From: Candidatus Poribacteria bacterium
Lineage (GTDB): Bacteria; Poribacteria; WGA-4E; PCPOR2b
Assembly (NCBI GenBank): GCA_965208675.1
Contig: OZ242351.1
Location: forward strand, 4,128,001-4,192,000
Direction: 5' to 3'
Length of the DNA: 64,000 nucleotides
Shown: positions 39,770 through 49,424 of the stretch, piece after piece
How the letters are laid out: each line of letters begins with the position of its first letter
Numbering within the stretch: position 1 is the stretch's first letter
Notes under the pieces: generated by a model
The model's database searches: none
Seen by the model: only the letters and a program-made list of their open reading frames with translations
Told to the model about the DNA's origin: nothing
Program-made: the position numbers and the translations under genes

Positions 39770-40420
39770 TTGTCGAATACCACGTTAGACAAGGAATTGA
39801 TGGCTTGTACCCCAATCCTTGTAAATCCTAATTTCTTCAATCCAAACTGTACGCTTCCTTATGGTTTGGCAGTAGAACATATTCGACAGGCAATGGAAGG
39901 TTTTGTTGATTTTCTAGGGTTCATTAACGCGCAACTTTACACCAAGGAGATTCCGCGCCTTGAAAGTTTCTTAATGCCCGCTAACTTTAGTAGCATCGTT
40001 GGTGAGTTCATCAACACTAACATACCGATGCATTGCTTTGACTTAGCGAAGAACCAGTATCACAATGGACATCCAGATTTGATTCCAAAAGCGATGTTTC
40101 CGAACAATGCGGTGCAATATGCGCAAGAAGGCATCGAAGTTAAAGCGTCCCGTCATGCAAGCGGGTGGCAAGGGCACAACCCAGAATCCGTTTGGCTAAT
40201 GGTGTTTTACTTTGACAGTAATACTTCCCGCGATTCTATCAAGGGCATCGATCCTAAGCCATTTCGATTTAAGGGAGTATTTATTGCCCGAATTTTAAAA
40301 GAGGACTGGACATTTTCGGGGCGTTCGGGTGCAAGCCGACGGACAATCACCGCTAGTGTAAACACAAGCGGCAGAGAAAAAATGATGGCTAACTGGGTAT
40401 ATAAGGACTTAACAGATTGA
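39770..40420 (+). CDS. Putative type II restriction endonuclease (PD-(D/E)xK)
   Basis: GHPDLIP...GIEVKAS catalytic-like motif; convergent with the DNA methyltransferase and overlapping it by 12 bp. Confidence 0.6.
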   Translation: MSNTTLDKELMACTPILVNPNFFNPNCTLPYGLAVEHIRQAMEGFVDFLGFINAQLYTKEIPRLESFLMPANFSSIVGEFINTNIPMHCFDLAKNQYHNGHPDLIPKAMFPNNAVQYAQEGIEVKASRHASGWQGHNPESVWLMVFYFDSNTSRDSIKGIDPKPFRFKGVFIARILKEDWTFSGRSGASRRTITASVNTSGREKMMANWVYKDLTD

Positions 40421-41353
40421 CAGACTAAGTTGTACATCTCTGGTGTTTAGTTTCTCCAAGGCGGGTATCGCTTGCTGGCTCATTGTATAGTATTTGTCGT
40501 AGCATTCTACACCGATACAGGAATATTTGATTGCTTCTGCGGCAGCGACTGTGGAGCCGGAGCCCATAAACGGATCTACTACAATTCCTTCCCCAAGTGG
40601 TAGAGCGGAGTAAACCACCTGCCGCAAAAACGACTGTGGTTTTAAACTCGGATGATTGGCAATTCCGCGCTCCTTCTGTGAGGTGCGTTCGCTTTCTATT
40701 ACATCTGTAAAGGGGTTTCCATCAGGTTTTCGGCGTAACCCTCCGGTTTGAAACTTTTCTAGACATTCGCTTACCGTCATTCCGTTTAGGAGCGGTTTTC
40801 GAAAAATCCCCCAAGGCTCGTAACAACTGCGCGGCATCGTGCAAACATTAGAAAATTCTTTCTCTGCATTCTTGGGTCTGTCGCCGCCCCGTAGAGTTTT
40901 TACCAACCGGATTACTTGGCCCCGAAACTCAAAACCTGCATCTAAAATAGATGTAAACACTGTCTGCGAAAGTAAGGCGTTTGAAGCAAGAAAGATGTGA
41001 CCTCCAGGGCGCAAAATTTGGGAAACGAGCCGCCCCCAATCGAGAAAGTGTTGTTGCAGATGGTCCATTTCTTTCTGGTTGAGTGCTGTAAAGCGCGGCA
41101 AGGGCGAGCGTTTATGCCCATCAAAAGACGGTGGAATACGCCAAACACCACCGTTTCCATTTTCACGCTTTTCTAGCTGGTCGAGTTGGTATTCCTTTAC
41201 ACCATATGGTGGATCTGTTACAATTGCATGGATACTCTCTTTTGGAATTCTCGCCATCCATTCAAAACAATTAGCACAGATTATCACAGATTTTGAAAAT
41301 GAGTAAGATTTGTAGTCTAAAGCATAAAGCTGCTGTAGTTGATTTGTCGGCAT
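40409..41353 (-). CDS. Beta-class amino-DNA methyltransferase (N6A/N4C)
   Basis: VTDPPY (motif IV) precedes HPSLKP and VDPFMGSGST (motif I). Confidence 0.9.
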   Translation of the reverse strand: MPTNQLQQLYALDYKSYSFSKSVIICANCFEWMARIPKESIHAIVTDPPYGVKEYQLDQLEKRENGNGGVWRIPPSFDGHKRSPLPRFTALNQKEMDHLQQHFLDWGRLVSQILRPGGHIFLASNALLSQTVFTSILDAGFEFRGQVIRLVKTLRGGDRPKNAEKEFSNVCTMPRSCYEPWGIFRKPLLNGMTVSECLEKFQTGGLRRKPDGNPFTDVIESERTSQKERGIANHPSLKPQSFLRQVVYSALPLGEGIVVDPFMGSGSTVAAAEAIKYSCIGVECYDKYYTMSQQAIPALEKLNTRDVQLSLSIC

Positions 41354-41362
41354 GGTTAGCTC

Positions 41363-41611
41363 CTACTGCTTGACTGTTTCGCCGAGGTTGTAAACAGGGC
41401 TAAGCTCTTGGATGACAGTTCCTATTTCTCGCCTCTCAATTTCATTTCCTCCCAATAACTTTTGAATGTCCGACAAACTGAGCAATATGACCTGCGGCGT
41501 GTTTCGGCGTTTTATCACATATCTAGTGTTGTTCTGGATGACATCATCAAGGATGCTGCCAAAATTGTTTTGAGCTTCAGTAGAAGGAATCGTTTTTGTA
41601 GTCATATCCAA
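41363..41611 (-). CDS. Phd/YefM family antitoxin-like DNA-binding protein (no toxin partner)
   Basis: TIPSTEAQNNFGSILDDV...YVIKRRNTPQVILLSLSD matches the Phd/YefM N-terminal pattern. Confidence 0.8.
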   Translation of the reverse strand: MDMTTKTIPSTEAQNNFGSILDDVIQNNTRYVIKRRNTPQVILLSLSDIQKLLGGNEIERREIGTVIQELSPVYNLGETVKQ

Positions 41612-41629
41612 TCTCCAATTTTTCCATAT

Positions 41630-41675
41630 TAGCTAATTTAGCTATATTATAGCATAGATTTGATGCTTGTGCCAA
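41630..41675 (-). promoter_or_regulatory. sigma70 promoter with a tandem palindromic operator upstream of phd-methyltransferase
   Basis: TTGGCA-N18-TATAAT with extended TG. TAGCTA-N3-TAGCTA (41630-41644) overlaps the expected start site. Confidence 0.55.
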
Positions 41676-42142
41676 AGGTTTTGGAACGGCAATTTTCAAA
41701 ATTACCCGGCGCAGCGCAAAGATTTAACGATGCTCCAACTATTCACGGTTTTCATTGTAAATTGTTTCAATAGCCCACCACGCGAATCTCCTGTGAACGC
41801 CAGAGGGGCGGCGATAAATGACAGATAGTAATCATCAACAGGATTTGGCTGCACAAATTAAAAGCTACCATGAGGCAGGTGAATTTGTTAAGGCTTTAGA
41901 GATTAGTGCACGCGCAGTGGAATCTAGTCGTAGGGACTTGGATGTTTGGGGGATTGGCAATACAGTCATTTAGGTTCACATCTCATAAGCGGTCAGCCGT
42001 TGATTTGGCTGGTTGAAGCACTGCTAGCAGATTGAAAACTCAAGACGTGTAGGTTCAGTGTGAATCCGATATAAGTGAGCCGCAGTCGTAATATCCACAA
42101 TTTGCCAACTGCTCTCACTGGCGACAGAGGAGTCCATCTCTC

Positions 42143-42616
42143 ATGAGACAATTTACCGACGCTGAAAAACAGTTAATGCAAGCCAAGATTTATGACCAAC
42201 AAGACCGGCGTCATCAGACGGTCAGAGAAATTGCCCGGCGACGCGATGGAAAAAAACGGGAATCGCCCGCGTGGAAATATGGTTTCTTGGGAGTCATCCT
42301 CTGTCTACTCGCTGTCAACGTGATTCATCTACTGAATCGGCGGCTTTTAGGTTTTGACCAATTTGGTACTCTCGTGGTCGCTTTGATGCTCTTATTTAAT
42401 CACATCGCAGATTACTTCACGAAAACAGGTTGGCAAAGACGTGTGATGACAACGGTTGCTCGGGTTTGGCTTGTATTGGTTTTGGTCTACGGAGTTTGGA
42501 TTCTTTCTGAGGTCTCCATTCCATTGATGGTTGGTTATTTGGTTCTAATAATAATCCTATTTCTAGTGTGGCCGGATTCACATTGGCGGAAGATTTGCGG
42601 TAAAAACTCTCGCTAA
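42143..42616 (+). CDS. Hypothetical membrane protein (paralog 1 of 3)
   Basis: MRQFTDAEKQ N-terminus, about 4 hydrophobic helices, GAGGAG RBS. Confidence 0.75.
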   Translation: MRQFTDAEKQLMQAKIYDQQDRRHQTVREIARRRDGKKRESPAWKYGFLGVILCLLAVNVIHLLNRRLLGFDQFGTLVVALMLLFNHIADYFTKTGWQRRVMTTVARVWLVLVLVYGVWILSEVSIPLMVGYLVLIIILFLVWPDSHWRKICGKNSR

Positions 42617-42812
42617 ATCTGAATTAATGTCGATGGTTGAAACGAGGATCATAAACAAATCTGTTGCATGGATTCGGGTTATTCTTGCGCTTGCACCGTT
42701 TGTGTATTGTGGCTGGTATTCGTTGCTCGCCCACGTCGAAGAAGGTGGAAGACTATCGAAAATTTAAAAAGCGGTCAACCGAATTCCACGGTGCCCTAGG
42801 AGGTCATTTCCG

Positions 42813-43292
42813 ATGAGGGAATTTACCGACGCTGAAAAACAGGAGTTGCAAGCCAAGATTAAAGACGAGCAAGAACGGCAAAAGCAGTTAGCCGAACAAC
42901 TTGCTCAACAAAAAGACGGAGCGCCGCAAAAGACTTCAACTGCGGGTAAATATATATATTTGGGGTTTGTTCTGTGTCTGCTCGCGTTCAACGTGTTTAT
43001 CCTGCTAAATGTGCGGCATATCGGTCTTGACAAATTTGGCGGTCTGATATTTGTGTTGTGGGCTTTATTCGATTGCATCGCAGTTTACTTCACGAAAACG
43101 GGTTGGCAGAGACTCGTGATGAAAACCGCGGCTCGGATGTGGTTCATATTCATGTTTGCGTACGGGCTTTGGATTCTTGCTAAGGTGTCGTTCCCATTGA
43201 CGGCAATTTGGGCGGCTATGATTGTCTTGTTGAGCGTTTGTCGGATTTCAATTTGGCGGCCAATCTTCGGTAAAAATTCGCGATACCGATGA
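42813..43292 (+). CDS. Hypothetical membrane protein (paralog 2 of 3)
   Basis: MREFTDAEKQ, YFTKTGWQR.VM shared with paralog 1; AGGAGG RBS. Confidence 0.75.
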   Translation: MREFTDAEKQELQAKIKDEQERQKQLAEQLAQQKDGAPQKTSTAGKYIYLGFVLCLLAFNVFILLNVRHIGLDKFGGLIFVLWALFDCIAVYFTKTGWQRLVMKTAARMWFIFMFAYGLWILAKVSFPLTAIWAAMIVLLSVCRISIWRPIFGKNSRYR

Positions 43293-43487
43293 ATGGTGCC
43301 GATGGTTGAAACAGGAATGGTAATCAGGACAGTTGTATGAACTCGGAATGCGTGAATATGTGGTTCAATCCATTATGTAATGTGGCTCGTATTCGTTGCC
43401 TAACCAACCGTGGCGTAGGATAGACGATGTCCGCATGTTCCACTACAAATCAACAATTCTCTACTGCGCTAAAGGAGGTCATCTCCC

Positions 43488-44048
43488 ATGCGGCAATTTA
43501 CCGACGCTGAAAAATAGTTGCTGCGAGCCAAGATTAAAGACGAACAGGAACGGCGAGATCAGGCAGTTAATGAGATTGCGGCAAGAATAAAAGAAGATGC
43601 GTTAAAGAACCGAGTAGTGAGCCGAACTCCGACCGCGTTAGGTTCTTTTAACCGGACTGTGCCCGTATTGGGTTCTATCTGGAAATATGGTTTTCTGGGG
43701 GTTATTCTCTGCCTTCTCGCCTTAAATTTGATTCTCGCGTTATTCTGGGAAGATACTTCATATGACCGATACGCGCATCCTAAGTACGCGGGAGTCGTGG
43801 TAGCGTTGATGCTCCTATTTAATCACATAGCATTTTACTATACAACAATCGGTTGGCAAAGTCGCGTTATGAAAACAGTTGCATGGATATGGATATTTGT
43901 TGGATGCGCTTATATACTCTGGCTTCTAGGAACATTCATCGCCGATACAATCGTTCCAATTCACGGCGTGCTGGGCGATTGGAATTTTGTTGTTAGAATA
44001 ATGGCGGGTTTCGCTACTTCTTATGCGAGTTGGCGTATTCCGTACTAG
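43488..44048 (+). pseudogene. Hypothetical membrane protein (paralog 3) with TAG at codon 10
   Basis: AGGAGG then ATG CGG CAA TTT ACC GAC GCT GAA AAA TAG TTG; the paralogs have CAG (Q) at this codon. Confidence 0.75.
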
Positions 44049-44117
44049 TTACGTACAACAATAGCGTTTTGAAGATTTTCTGTCAATTTACTCAAACTGG
44101 ATGAAAAACAGTCCTTG

Positions 44118-44146
44118 TTGACAGAAACTGGTGATCACCGTAGAAT
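44118..44146 (+). promoter_or_regulatory. Near-consensus sigma70 promoter
   Basis: TTGACA-N17-TAGAAT; the spacer contains the palindrome GGTGATCACC. Confidence 0.6.
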
Positions 44147-44287
44147 ATTAATGGAAGTGAATTAACCGCAATCAGAAAATACCGCTTGTACGGACAGATA
44201 GTCGGTGCGAACGGGGAGCTTGAGATGACATGGCGGTATATCGAGAGTTTCCGGTGTTCAAATCAGGTCAGCGACATATATCATCCA

Positions 44288-44948
44288 AGGAGGCGTAGTC
44301 AAGGACGTATCGGGGAACGGCTATGACGGCGCCCTTGGCGGCGATCCGCAACAGGTTGACGGCGTGTTCGGGAAAGCACTGGTGTGCGGCGGTGATGACT
44401 TCGTCGATTTGGGGGATAATCGCTTTTTATTTGATGAGTAAACTATACTGTTTTGGGCGAATCAGATTTGCGCCGACTGTTGCCCAACTTATTTCGTTGT
44501 AAGAGAAGCAGATGGCAACGCCTGCGGTGTATTTGCCGCGCGGCCGCCAAAAACTGTGCGCGCTTTTTGCTTTAAGCCTCCTAAATTTGGTGAAGAGGCA
44601 ATCGTACAAAAGGGTGCCATAGAAGATGATGATTGGCATCATATCGCCGCGGTGTTCAGTGGTGTTTCCGGGCGGGAACTTTACATTGATGGCGAACTCG
44701 CAGCGAGCAATGAAAAGTTCAAATCAAGTTTTGATGATTTGAAAGGGACAAATACGTTTATTGCTCGCGGTAGAACGCTTAATCCCATTGAACAGGTATA
44801 GGACGCCATTGACGAATTCGCTATCGTGAAAAAGGCTTTGACTGATGCGGAGATTAAACTGAGCCTAAAAGGTTTGGCGGAAATATTAGCCGTTCAACCT
44901 TCAAGCAAACTCACGACGACATGGGCGTGGATTAAAACTACTCCATGA
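44288..44948 (+). pseudogene. Degraded LamG-domain secreted protein
   Basis: Fragments GGVVKDVSGNGYDG...DGVFGKAL...DDFVDLG, DDDWHHIAAVF...LYIDG, IDEFAIVKKAL and tail VQPSSKLTTTWAWIK, broken by frameshifts and stops. Confidence 0.75.
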
Positions 44949-45031
44949 ATTTTCACAGATAGAAACCGCTCCATGTTCGATAATTGGGCTCACCACAGAC
45001 TTGCTGCTAACGGAAAAGGGTAAACACTCCG

Positions 45032-45994
45032 ATGCGTTATCTGGTCACGGGCGGCAGTGGTTTTATTGGGGCCTACGTCGTCCATGAGTTACTCAAGCGT
45101 AGGCATGAGCCATTTATTTACGACACTCTCGTGAGCGGAAATACGCTGTCTCTTCTGCTTGAATCACGGACACTGTCAGGGAAACAAATCATCTCTGGTT
45201 CGACACGCGATTTTCACCACCTTCTCACTGTCTTAAAAGAAAACCAAGTTCAGAAAATCATACACGTCGCCTCGCCGCTCAGCCCAGTGACCGAACCGTT
45301 CCCGTCCGTAGCCGTCAAAGACATTTGCCTGGGCATGATGAACGTTCTCGAAGCGGCACGGTTGTGTGAGATTGAGCGGGTGGTTTGGGCTAGTTCAGTG
45401 GCAGTTTTTGGACCTGTTGGATGCTATGCCGGCTCCGTTTCAGATGCATCAACTCACCATCCACAGAGCCTTTACGGTGCCTCTAAGTCCTACGCGGAAT
45501 TTCTCGGCCGCCATTACTTTGAGAAATTTCAGGTGGATTCTGTAGGGTTGCGTTATATGTTTGTTTATGGGGCGGGAAGACAGCGGGGAAGCGGCATGTT
45601 CTGGAGCGATGTTATTGAATCGTCGCTACAGGGGCGTCCGTGCGAAGCGCCGTGCGGTGATGAGGTTTTCACATGGCAGTATGTGGAGGATGTTGCGGAA
45701 TTAACGGCACTTGCCGCTGAATCCGGCAGATTTGAAGGTCAATCTGTGAATACTCCTGGCGATTACCAATCCATGAAGTACATGAGAGACTGCATAAAGG
45801 ACTTTATCCCTTCGGCTCAAATTCACCTGAAACCGGGACGCACCGATATCACTTGGAACTGTAAGGCGGACACGGTGGAAACGGTGTTAGGATTCAGACC
45901 TTAATATGGCGTAAAGGCGGGGGTGGCGCGGTCTATCGAGCTTATGAAACTTCAGAACGCAGACGAAGTGTTGCACACCGCTTTTCCAATATAA
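45032..45994 (+). pseudogene. NAD-dependent epimerase/dehydratase with a premature TAA near the C-terminus
   Basis: VTGGSGFIG, ASSVAVFG, YGASK. After LGFRP* (45902-45904) the frame continues YGVKAGVARSIELM, the usual final helix. Confidence 0.65.
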
Positions 45995-46020
45995 CGAAGA
46001 TTACTTAGGAGTATCACACG

Positions 46021-46854
46021 ATGAAGCTGTCACTTTCTGCACGGATTGCAGAATCGTTTTATGACAAAACGATAGCCGCCCTGCCATTTGAGGATGTTGC
46101 GCAACTGGCGAAGGAAAACGGCTATCTTGCAATTTGTATGCGGGCGTCCGTAGCTGGCATACAGTCGTCAACAGACCGCGTCAAATCAGTCCGTCAAACA
46201 CTCGACCAGCAAGGGCTTAGGGTATCAATGGTGACGGGTGACTTCGCGATCCCAGAGAATCTCGAACCTGGCCCTGGCGTACTACGGGACATTACCCCTT
46301 ACCTTAATCTCGCTGAAGCGTTTGCGTGCGACCTGTTACGGGTTTGCATGAAAAGAGAAGAGGACATCGCTTGGGCGCAGCGTGCATCCGATGAAGCTGC
46401 GGAACGCGGCATGCGCCTCGCCCATCAATGCCACGTTGCGAGTTTGTTCGAGACGATTGAAGGCTCGTTGGATGTACTGGAGCGTGTGGACCGCCCAAAT
46501 TTCGGGATTATTTATGAACCGGCGAACCTCAAAATGTGCGGTGAAACGTATGGAATAGATGCGCTCACGGCTTTCAAACCTTATCTTTTCAATGTTTACC
46601 TCCAGAATTATCTGGACAATCCGGACGGTAAAGCGCACATCGAAACGTGGGTGCGTGGTATGTTCTATTTTGACCACATTCCTCTTCACGACCCCCGCGG
46701 GGTGGATTGGCGCGAGGTCTTTGACGCACTGGATGCAGTCGGTTATGACGGATACGTCACCGTCCACCAAGCTCTCGCTGAAATCATGACGCCAGCAGAA
46801 GCGGCACAAGTCAGCGCGGACTTTCTGCGTTCACTGCGTGAAACTGACCTGTAA
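46021..46854 (+). CDS. Sugar phosphate isomerase/epimerase (xylose isomerase-like TIM barrel)
   Basis: RPNFGIIYEPANL, GVDWREVFDALDAVGYDGYVTVH. Confidence 0.8.
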   Translation: MKLSLSARIAESFYDKTIAALPFEDVAQLAKENGYLAICMRASVAGIQSSTDRVKSVRQTLDQQGLRVSMVTGDFAIPENLEPGPGVLRDITPYLNLAEAFACDLLRVCMKREEDIAWAQRASDEAAERGMRLAHQCHVASLFETIEGSLDVLERVDRPNFGIIYEPANLKMCGETYGIDALTAFKPYLFNVYLQNYLDNPDGKAHIETWVRGMFYFDHIPLHDPRGVDWREVFDALDAVGYDGYVTVHQALAEIMTPAEAAQVSADFLRSLRETDL

Positions 46855-47143
46855 ATCCTATCGGCTAACACACCTGAATGTTGCCCCTTACACCGGCACG
46901 ATTACGTGACAACCTTCAACGGAGTTGCCCGGATGTAGACAACAATCTTGACATTGAGTTAATTAGGAAAGATGTCTATAGAAAGATACACCGCTTTCGA
47001 CGTCAGATAATGTGGTGCTGTTCAACATTCTTATGCCGATTTCGTACCGTGAGCGTTGGAGTTTTCACGTTCATTATCCAAACAACGTCACTCAATATCC
47101 GTTATCCGGGAAATCGCGGATTGCGAACTAAGGAGGAACAACA

Positions 47144-47959
47144 GTGAGAAAAGCACACAATCTATTGGTGTCGGTAAGTGTTTGTTCACTTATGGTTGCT
47201 GTTACCTTTGTCGTGGGAGGCGGCGCTGAGATTGACACAGCGCATGTGGTTGGCGCTTGGCTGCTGGACGAGAACGAAGGTGGCGTTGCTAAGGACGCGT
47301 CCGGCGGCGGCAATGACGGCAGGTTGCTGAAGGGCGCCAAGTGGCACGCAGGTAAGTTCGGGGCTGCGCTCTTGTTCGATGGCGTGGACGATGCTGTGCA
47401 AATACCGAGCAGCGCCGGGGACAAGTTGAATCCCGATACGCAGATTACACTTGCGGCGTGGATCCAACGCCGCGATGCCCAGGAATCTCCGGGTTACATG
47501 ATTATCGGAAGAATGGACACTGCGCAGTCGCGAACTTACTACCTCGCGTTCTGGCAAAACAGGTTTCAGATGGAGGTCTCGCACAATGGGACGGTGGGTA
47601 ACCGCACGGTGATGGAGTCGATTGAAGAGATAGTCGACATGGAGTGGCATCATTTAGCCGGTACGTACGATGGCGAGAACATGCTAATCTATGTCGATGG
47701 CGTTCCGGCGGGCAAGGCTCCACCGTTTATAGCTGGCAAGGGAGGGATTCACCAGAATGACTCCGATGTTTACATCGGGTACGACGAGGTGGACGGCGGT
47801 TTGTTCTTTGACGGCCTCATTGACGAAGTCATCATACTAAACATCGCACTGGCTGAGAAGGATATCGTCACGTTGATGGAGGACGGTCTCAGGCAAACGC
47901 TGTCGGTATCGTCGCCGGAAACTCTCGCCATTCTTTGGGCAACTCTCAAACGCAGTTAG
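47144..47959 (+). CDS. Secreted LamG domain protein
   Basis: WLLDENEG..AKDASG, GKFGAALLFDG, WHHLAGTYDG...IYVDG, FDGLIDEV; tail ETLAILWATLK; AAGGAGG RBS. Confidence 0.85.
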   Translation: MRKAHNLLVSVSVCSLMVAVTFVVGGGAEIDTAHVVGAWLLDENEGGVAKDASGGGNDGRLLKGAKWHAGKFGAALLFDGVDDAVQIPSSAGDKLNPDTQITLAAWIQRRDAQESPGYMIIGRMDTAQSRTYYLAFWQNRFQMEVSHNGTVGNRTVMESIEEIVDMEWHHLAGTYDGENMLIYVDGVPAGKAPPFIAGKGGIHQNDSDVYIGYDEVDGGLFFDGLIDEVIILNIALAEKDIVTLMEDGLRQTLSVSSPETLAILWATLKRS

Positions 47960-48410
47960 CCCTGACATACACGCTGTGCTGAGACAGAGACCTGCGTTTT
48001 TTCCTCTGTGAAGCGGGCAGCTGTCTAGGAAGGAGGATAACGGCGCGATTGGCCAGTCACTCATAGTTTTAATTTTGGTTGCGATAGCCAACCCGACAAG
48101 ATGAGTACAAAGAAAATTGCGGCATGGTCGATACCAGAGCAAGCTGTAACGATCGTCCTTGGCAAAGGCGCGGCAGACCTCGAAATGTACGCATCAAGTG
48201 AATTGGTCAAATACCTCACTGGCTGCCAGAGCGAACTCGGCGCGCACACTTATTGAGGACTTCACAATTTTTGTGGACAAGGAGGCATTACCTACCGTGC
48301 GTTCTATCGTAACAACACGGCAACGGAAAAACAACCTAGACTCTAGAATCCGATAAGAGCCGGTACCAACTTTTTCGGACGCTGCAAATTACGCGGATAT
48401 ATGTAATCAA

Positions 48411-49001
48411 TTGTGCACAAGAGACAAGCAACTCGCGAAAGTGATTCATTTGGTAGGACCATGCGGTTTGGCTGAGAACCGTGCCGGTTTTGATTTCTTG
48501 ATTGATGCTATAATTGGACAACAACTGTCAAAGACAGCAGCAGACGCAATAATTAGGCGATTTCGAATGTTGTTTACATCGGGACACGCCACGCCAAAAC
48601 AGTTTATATCTCTGCCGAGACAGGATGTGCTCAATACAGGAATCTCGAATCGGAAATACGATTACATGCTTGAATTAGCCCAGATGACTGACAGCAAGCA
48701 GTTGCGGTTTTCGCAATTACATCGTGAGGATGACTCCACAATCCGCCGCTTGCTCAAGGAAGTAAATGGCATTGGCGACTGGACTGTCGATATGTACTTG
48801 CTTTTTGGTCTCGCTAGGTTGGACGTGTTTCCTGTCCACGATCTCGCGCTTAGAAATGTCATGTCTACCATTTACGATTTCAAGGTCGGTGATTTGGAAA
48901 CGGCCAAGAAGATAGCACAGAAATGGAAGCCATACCGCAGCATTGGATCCTGGTACCTTTACAAGTTCCGGAACATGCCAACGCAAAGCCCTGCAACTTG
49001 A
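48411..49001 (+). CDS. DNA-3-methyladenine glycosylase II (AlkA/HhH-GPD)
   Basis: IIGQQLS, VNGIGDWT HhH motif, DVFPVHDL, WKPYRS. Confidence 0.88.
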   Translation: MCTRDKQLAKVIHLVGPCGLAENRAGFDFLIDAIIGQQLSKTAADAIIRRFRMLFTSGHATPKQFISLPRQDVLNTGISNRKYDYMLELAQMTDSKQLRFSQLHREDDSTIRRLLKEVNGIGDWTVDMYLLFGLARLDVFPVHDLALRNVMSTIYDFKVGDLETAKKIAQKWKPYRSIGSWYLYKFRNMPTQSPAT

Positions 49002-49424
49002 AGATGCGTTACATCGGGCGATTGATTCGAGAAATTCTCAACATCGAGGGCGGCGGCAGAGTATTTCAAGCTACATTCACGATTACGGAACCGAAATCTT
49101 GAGGACATTTGATGAAGAGTTGTCTGACAACGCGGTTGACGATTGAATTTAGCGATGACTGATACGCGCGATAAGGAAACGGTTGGCGTCAGCGGAGAGG
49201 ACGCTTTTTTGGGTCAGATGGACAGTTTATGACGAGGACGACAAGGCCTCCTTAAAACTCGAGGCGGCAATGCTGGAGGTTTTCACAACTGGGCGCAATC
49301 GCCTATCGGACTTGTAAATGTTTCAATGGAAGCTTATCTATTATCCATGCGCCTCGTTAATTACGGGCGCCATTCTGTCGGTTAACGGCACTTACTCCGC
49401 CTCCCAGGGGATGCAGGTTGGGAA

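Noticed and set aside
48101-48256. 51-codon ORF resembling the N-terminal domain of a glycoside hydrolase (IVLGKGAADLEMYASSELVKYL)
   Set aside because: Too short and uncertain; at most a gene relic.
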